A stretch of DNA of 64,000 nt, from the NCBI RefSeq assembly GCF_009914755.1, contig NC_060938.1; one strand, written 5' to 3'. Below are positions 57,771-64,000 of this stretch, one piece after another; the stretch's first letter is position 1; each line of letters begins with the position of its first letter. A program made the position numbers and the translations under genes. The stretch comes from the human T2T-CHM13v2.0 reference genome, Homo sapiens. Under the pieces are notes generated by a model. The model did not search any database. It had not been told where the DNA came from and saw only the letters and a program-made list of their open reading frames with translations.

Positions 57771-58774
57771 GACCTCTTTATCCTGCCAGGCTCAGAATGG
57801 TCAGGATGGTGGGGGAGGTGCTGACCTCAGACAGCTTGGCAGCACCTGCGTGCCTGGCCCCTGCCACACCCTGACCCTTCTACACAGATGAACGGACACC
57901 ACTCTGTGGATGAGGAGTCACGGCAGGGGCCAGAGGGGCCCAGGCAGAGCCCAGATGGCAGGGGCTCGGGGCTGGGCCTCGGGTGCTTCTTTTTCAGGGA
58001 GGGGGACAGGAGGAGAGGGTCATGGGAGGGTGTGGGGCCAGGGATATAACCTTCCAGGCCAGGCAGGAGACATAAAATGCATTCCAGGACCTCAAGAGAG
58101 CTATCCTACAGTCCAGGGGGTCTTCTCGGCACCAGATTCTCCTTATCTAGATATTCACCTTCCCGGCCCCTGAGCAGAACAGAAAGTGTGGAGCTCACAG
58201 GCACGTGCAGCTTTGGAGGAGGGGCAGAAAGAGCCAGACCTACACACAAACGGTGGGGCATTAGCAGAAAAGGAGAAGGGCAGAGCCGCCCCGCTGGGTG
58301 GGCACAGGCCTCTGGCCTGGGTGGTCCCAGGAAATGGAAAGGGGCCTCCTTCCCTCCCAGTAGGCGGGGGAAGGCAACCCACCCCTGCCTCCCAGATCCC
58401 ACGAGGGGCTTCTCCAACTCACAGCCAGCACAAAGTCAGCCCTGGAGCTTCCCCCACTCCCACCCACTGTCCGGCCAGCCCTGCCACCCCTGCCTGTGCC
58501 CGAGTGACCCCACCTGCCAGGCACACTCCCTCTTCAGCAGACCACCCCACCCTCACGGGAAGGAGGAATGAAGACAAAGGATGAGGAAGACAAAGGCAGC
58601 ACAGTGAGGGGCCAGCCGGAGACAGGGATCATGGGGGAGGGGCTAGGAGACAAGAAGTCCCTTCCAGAACCAACATGCAGGACTCTAACCTGGGCCTCAC
58701 AAACTCCCTCCCCAGGCCATCTCGCCAAGGCCTGCCTGCCAGAGCTACTGGAACAGGCATAGCCACAGCAGCAA

Positions 58775-58813
58775 TAGTAGTAGTAGTAATAATAATAATA
58801 ATAATAATAATAA
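58775..58813. repeat. Compound trinucleotide STR (TAG)4(TAA)9
   Basis: Read directly from the sequence. Confidence 0.95.
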
Positions 58814-60189
58814 TGGCTACCAAGTTACGATAACCCCCCAGCTCCAGCTGCTGTGATGACCAAGTGCCTTTTGGGCATGCAGGTGCCAGAGGTGCACAGC
58901 CGTGCCGTTCTGTAGGCCCCACTGGAAGGCTGAGACGCAGACCAAAGGCCCACAGGCAGCAGCACTGGGCTACCCTGACGGGGAGGTTCAGCCACGTCTG
59001 CAGGGGAGCAGGCGGGCCCCTCCACCACTGGAAAGATCAAACACAGTCATGGATGTTAAATGTGCTTTGTAGAATCTCAGATTCTTTTCTTCCCCACTGT
59101 TTTCAGTAAGATTTACGATGCCAGCAACTCCTTAGAGAAAAAAAGTGGCTGGGAAATGGAATCACATGCACAGGGTAATTTGTGGCCTGTCCGGGCCTTT
59201 GCCAATGTAAATATTTCAGGCAGGCAGGTGCCCAGTTCAATGCCCCCTGTGACAAGAGCCTGTCTCCAGTGAGCTGATCAGAACAACAAATCCCACCTGC
59301 CGCTTTTCTTCCTGCTTTCTGGCACCTCTTGGCACATGGGTGGCCTGGGACATCACACCTATCCAGCCTCCTGCCTCATTGAGCTAGGCCCTGAAGCCTC
59401 AGGGGAAGGAACTGGAGGGGACAAGGAGTGAGGCATGTGGGCCGAGGAGCTGGAGACTGCCTGCAGCAGGCACCCTTCCACGGGGCATCTCAGAGCGTGA
59501 CCCCCAGAGCCCCCAACCCTAACCCAGCACCCGGAAGTCTCTGGAAGGCAGCGGCAAGGGTCAGATTCCCCACATGCCCTCCCAAGCCTGAGGACTCAAA
59601 TTCACAGGGTGGTGGTCCCTAGAAAGACCTCCAGGGTGGGCTTCAGTGGCCCTGGCCCCAGCAGCGTTAGTGAATGGCCAGGCTGTGGCCCTCCCCGAGA
59701 GTCCCTCCCTCCCCAGGGATGGGTCTTTTCATGCCATCACTGCCGTCTCCTCCCCGCTACTTTCCCCAAGGAAACTGAAAGCTGTGGCATGTGGCCTTCC
59801 TCACGGGACACTGCGGGCGCTGCGGGCTAGTGTCTCAGCCTGCAATCCCGGCTCCCACCCCCACCCCAAGGCCCTGCTCCACAGGGAAGCCAGAGGGCCT
59901 CACAAGTATAAATGATCAGGTATCACACCTCCGCCAGGCTTTAGATAAAATCCCAACCCCAATAGCTCCTCCTACCCTGCCCCCTTCGGTCACCAGAGTC
60001 CAGCCACAGGGCCTGGTCAGCTCCGGGAAAGCTCTGACATCTGTCCTTTGCTGGAAACCTTCCAGGGACGACAGCTGCTTATCATCCAAGCCCCAGGTGA
60101 CCTGGCCCCTCCTTAAGAGGCCTCCCCTGCCACCATCTGTTTTCTGCTCTTCCTAGCACTCACCAGGATATGAAACTGTCCCATCCATG

Positions 60190-60320
60190 GATTTGTTTGC
60201 CAGTTTATCCATCTTCCAAAGGAGACTTCTGTCTGTCTTGCTTCATGGAAGTATCCCAGGAGCATGGAAACGGGGCCTGGTGTGCAACAGGTGCTCAGTA
60301 AACGGCTAAGGAAGGAATGT
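60190..60320 (+). mobile_element. L2 3' end
   Basis: tctgtcttgcttcatggaagtatcccaggagc and gcctggtgtgcaacaggtgctcagtaaac. Confidence 0.65.
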
Positions 60321-63300
60321 CTGCCCAAGTCCCAGGCAGGGTGGGAGGCACGGACCTGAGGCAGCGCCTTCTCTTAGCTCTGAGCCCTGCCTTCGCCTCC
60401 TACAAGATAGGATGGCAGCAGCCTCAGAGCAGAAGGCACCCTGGTGACCGCAGGAGACGCCACACATAAAGGCAGAGAACAGAGCCTGGTGCTAAAAATG
60501 AGAGGGGACAAGTGAAGCCTCGGCTGTTTCCGGGGCGCTCAGACCAGGCAGGGACTCAGGCGTGCAGCTGCCTGGGCACCGCTTCATTTCCCCCGGTGCC
60601 TCGGAGTCCCCGCAGGACCTGCTGCTCAGCGGTCCAGCGTCACTCAGCCTCCCGCCTAGAGCGAACAGGACCTCCAGGTGCTCCCTGCAGGGGATTGAGC
60701 CATGGGTGGCCAGGACTCTAGCAGGAACCCTCAGGGAGCCGGCTCTGCCTGGTGCATGGGTCGAGGTGCTCATCAGTTTCAGAAGCTGCTCCCAGGCCCC
60801 CATTTTCCCAATCCCCTTAGAAGAGTTTTGTTCTGAGCTCCACTGAAGGTCATTTAGTCTTAAATGGAAGCAGGGAACCCTCAGCTGTCACCCACGTGAA
60901 GGAAAACCAGCTGAGGCCATGCCTTTGAGGTCCGGCGCTCCTCCCCCACCCTGGGCCTCAGTCTCCCCATGGAGGTGCTGGCTATCCAGAGCCCTGCTGA
61001 TGGCAGGCAGTCACCAGTGAGGCAGACCCGGCCTGGACGTTCTGGCTCAAAGGACAGGGTGCAGCCAGATGCCAACACTTCCCTCCAGGGCAGGGGCCTG
61101 CAGCTGCAGAGCTTGGCTCTAAATAACGCCAACCTCCTTGCTCTGCACAGCCCTGGGGTGGCCCTGCAGTCCCCATGACACAGGGCAGAGGTGCTGCCTT
61201 TGGGTGGGACGGCAGCCCTCCAGGAGATGCACCCCTCACAACCCACCCAATCCCTCTGCCCCTGCCCTGCAGAAGCCTGGTTAGAGCCCATAGCCTCACT
61301 CTTCTGGGCCGCCGAGCACTCCAGGGCCTCTATGCAAGTGAGGGGCATGCGCTGGGGCCTCCCACACCCTCCCTAGGTGCAATTCTCCTTGTCTCATCAA
61401 CTCGTCTCATCCTGGGATGCGAAGGGTGGTCAGGGACAGCCGTGTTCATGAGCTGCCATTTGGAACTGGCATTTGGATCTTGATGGAATGTCCTAATTGA
61501 CAGGAGGGCTCAGTGCACATGCCAGGGACGCGCAGGAGTTAAATTCTGAGACAGGAGTGCTGCTCTGTCCTGCTTCTGCTGTGCCTGCCCAGCCTCCAGA
61601 ACAAGACCATGTGCTGCAAGCTGCCACCCAGCTGTGCTCTCTGACCCGCCACCTGCCCTCAGCACCAGCAACACTAGCAAGACCTCAGCCTCCCACCAGG
61701 GAAGCTCAACAAAGAAGTGAACATTGCTCCAGGGATTTTTTTTTGTCTGGCAGAAGCAGTTAGATCTGATCTCAGCTGGAATCCTTCCTGGATTGGAAGA
61801 CACTGAGCCACTCTCCGTGCTATATCCCGGCCACAGCTCACTCTCCCCCAAACAGGTCCTGTCACACCCCATACGCTCCCCTCACCCTCCCACATGCTCC
61901 CCTCACCCCATCCCCACTCACTCCTCACAGGCCGAGGCACAGGGAACCCTGCCAAGTTCAATCCAGACCTTGGGCAGGGAGGCAATAAAGCTAAGGGAGG
62001 TGGGGAACTCCCGGCCTGTGAGGAGGGGAGGCAGGGTGGCCTGCGAGGAATTTAGGGAATGCAGGGAGATAAGGGGAGAGCGGAGAGGAGAGGCAGTGGT
62101 GCTGACAGCATTAGCCTGCTGGGAAGGAGCTTCATGAGCACCATCTGATTTACTTGGTCCTTGTGTCCGCCCGAGGGGCACCAGCCGGGTCAGGTGGCCT
62201 GACCACTCACAGCTATGACCCAGGCACATTACTGAACCTGCTTCCACATCTGCAAAAGAGACTGGTGGATGGCCTGCAGGGGATTCTAGGAGGTTAAGGA
62301 GGTCAGGGGCCAGATCCCCACCCAGGGACAGGCTGTAGAAGCCATTCTGTGGGACGCTGGCCATCCCATGGGTCACCCCCAGGGTTGCACCCACAGACCC
62401 TGAGAAGCCAGTGACTGGTCAAGGTCACAGGGCAAATGCCTTCAAGGAGGGGCAGAAAGACTTCCTGGAGGGTCGAGACTGCAGCCAGAGGGTGGCCTTT
62501 TGGATGGCATCTGGAACGGGGCTTGGTCCCAGCCTCCACGGGGATGGTCAGGGTGCTCTTCCTTCCTGCTGGCTGGCCCTGCCCCCAGGATCCAGCCCTG
62601 TTCCACCTGAGTTCCCGTACACAGGAGTCTTCGTGGGGTGAGGCCGCGTCCTGGCCCTCAGCCAGCGCAGGGCATTAGGATGCTTAGTGTGCATTAGTGA
62701 CTGCGCCAGGGGAGTGCCAAGGCCCTCAGGAACCTGGGAGAGGCCCCATGACTCATGAGCGTGGCTCCTGGGTCCCCCTGCCGCCAGGGCCTCAGCCGCC
62801 TACTGTCTACCATCCAGAGCTCAGCTGGCACCAGCGCCCAGCAATCACTCAGCGACCCTCACCCCCTTCTGTTGGTAACACACCTCGAAGGGTTGCCAGA
62901 AAGACCTGCTGAGAAAGGGAGAAAACTCTCTCAAGAGCTCAAAGCACCACAAAAATGCAAGCTGCCAACACCAAAGGAAATCACCCACAAACATATGTGA
63001 CCACTAACTTTCTTCCCCTTAAATGGACAACAGGGTGGCAGCCCTGTATGTCCCACCTGCCGGAGGACCCTGTATGAATTGTGCCTCTGCGCACAGCGGA
63101 CCTGCATGTGCTGGGCCTGCAGGCTGCCAGGGATGAGCAGGCCATGAGGTCACCCCTCTCCAGGCTTCCACTGGCCTGCCCTGAGCCACCAGGGCCATCA
63201 CCAGCTGTCAGAGATAAAACAAGACAAGTAGGGAGCTGGCTTCCAGGGCAAGGGGCCCACCCAGGGACACCCAGGCTGGAAGCTGGTGCGCTGCTACACG

Positions 63301-64000
63301 GACTAACCCCCACAGACCGCCTGTGGTTCACAGCTGCCTACAGGGGGCAGAGGTAGACATCAGGAATCCAAATCACCTACCAGGCCAAATCACACACGTG
63401 GGCTGAGATGACACCCCATCCACTCCCTTCCAGAAACTGAGCTGCAACAGAAAACCCGGGGGAAACCCGCTGCTGTGACCACCCCACTCCTCCAAACCTC
63501 ACCGATCTGTGCCCGTCTAATGAGGGTGGCTCACACTAATGGCCACATCTTCCTCCATCCCCAAAAAGTAGCCACAATCCCACAAAGAGGGCCAGGGGTA
63601 CATCCAAGGCATAAACAGACCACAAGTCAAACTGTGACCTTGGGTGAGGATTTCAAGAGCCCTTCAGTAAAACTCAGAGCATGGCTGCTTTGCACACAGG
63701 CCTCCCGAAGCCCACCCTCTGACCCCATCTAAAATCCAGGGCCAGGGCCCCTCGAGGGTGGTCCCAAAGGTCCCCAGGCCACACAGCTTAAGGCACCCCT
63801 TCCTGCTCTGACATGCAGGACCAAGCTGGCCCAGGAGAAGGACTGAGTCCCTGTGAGCAGCAGCTCCCGGGAGCCCCACCCTCAGCTCTGCCTGGAGACT
63901 CCTGACCTGTCTGTCACCTCCCAGCACAGGATGGTGCTGTCCACGCACTTCTCATGAACCACACCAGTGGGACCTGCCTCGCTGGTCCAGCAGCTTAGCT

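Overview
GC-rich primate genomic DNA, very probably human 14q32, dense in Alu, MIR, L2, L1 and MaLR repeats. It is not microbial, and almost all ORFs in the supplied track are spurious. The only protein-coding content I can support is five spliced exons on the minus strand (23452-23525, 9572-9679, 4650-4745, 3750-3848, 2808-2897). They join in frame through canonical GT/AG sites to give (D)[155 protein letters not shown] recognise this as the C-terminal part of CCDC85C (exons 2-6). Positions 1-2807 are its 3'UTR, and everything right of 23525 is the large first intron; exon 1 lies outside the window. I found no evidence of a wholly new biological system. The best leads are regulatory or splicing-related: a ~440-bp array of about 23 CAGGTG E-boxes that doubles as an antisense 5'-splice-site array; a ~210-bp non-TE direct duplication bracketing exon 2 that starts at a strong antisense splice acceptor; a NAGNAG acceptor on a symmetric exon carrying the PPxY motif; several homeobox/PBX-HOX motif islands; and closely spaced inverted Alu pairs. 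Repeat boundaries and subfamily calls were made by eye and are approximate.
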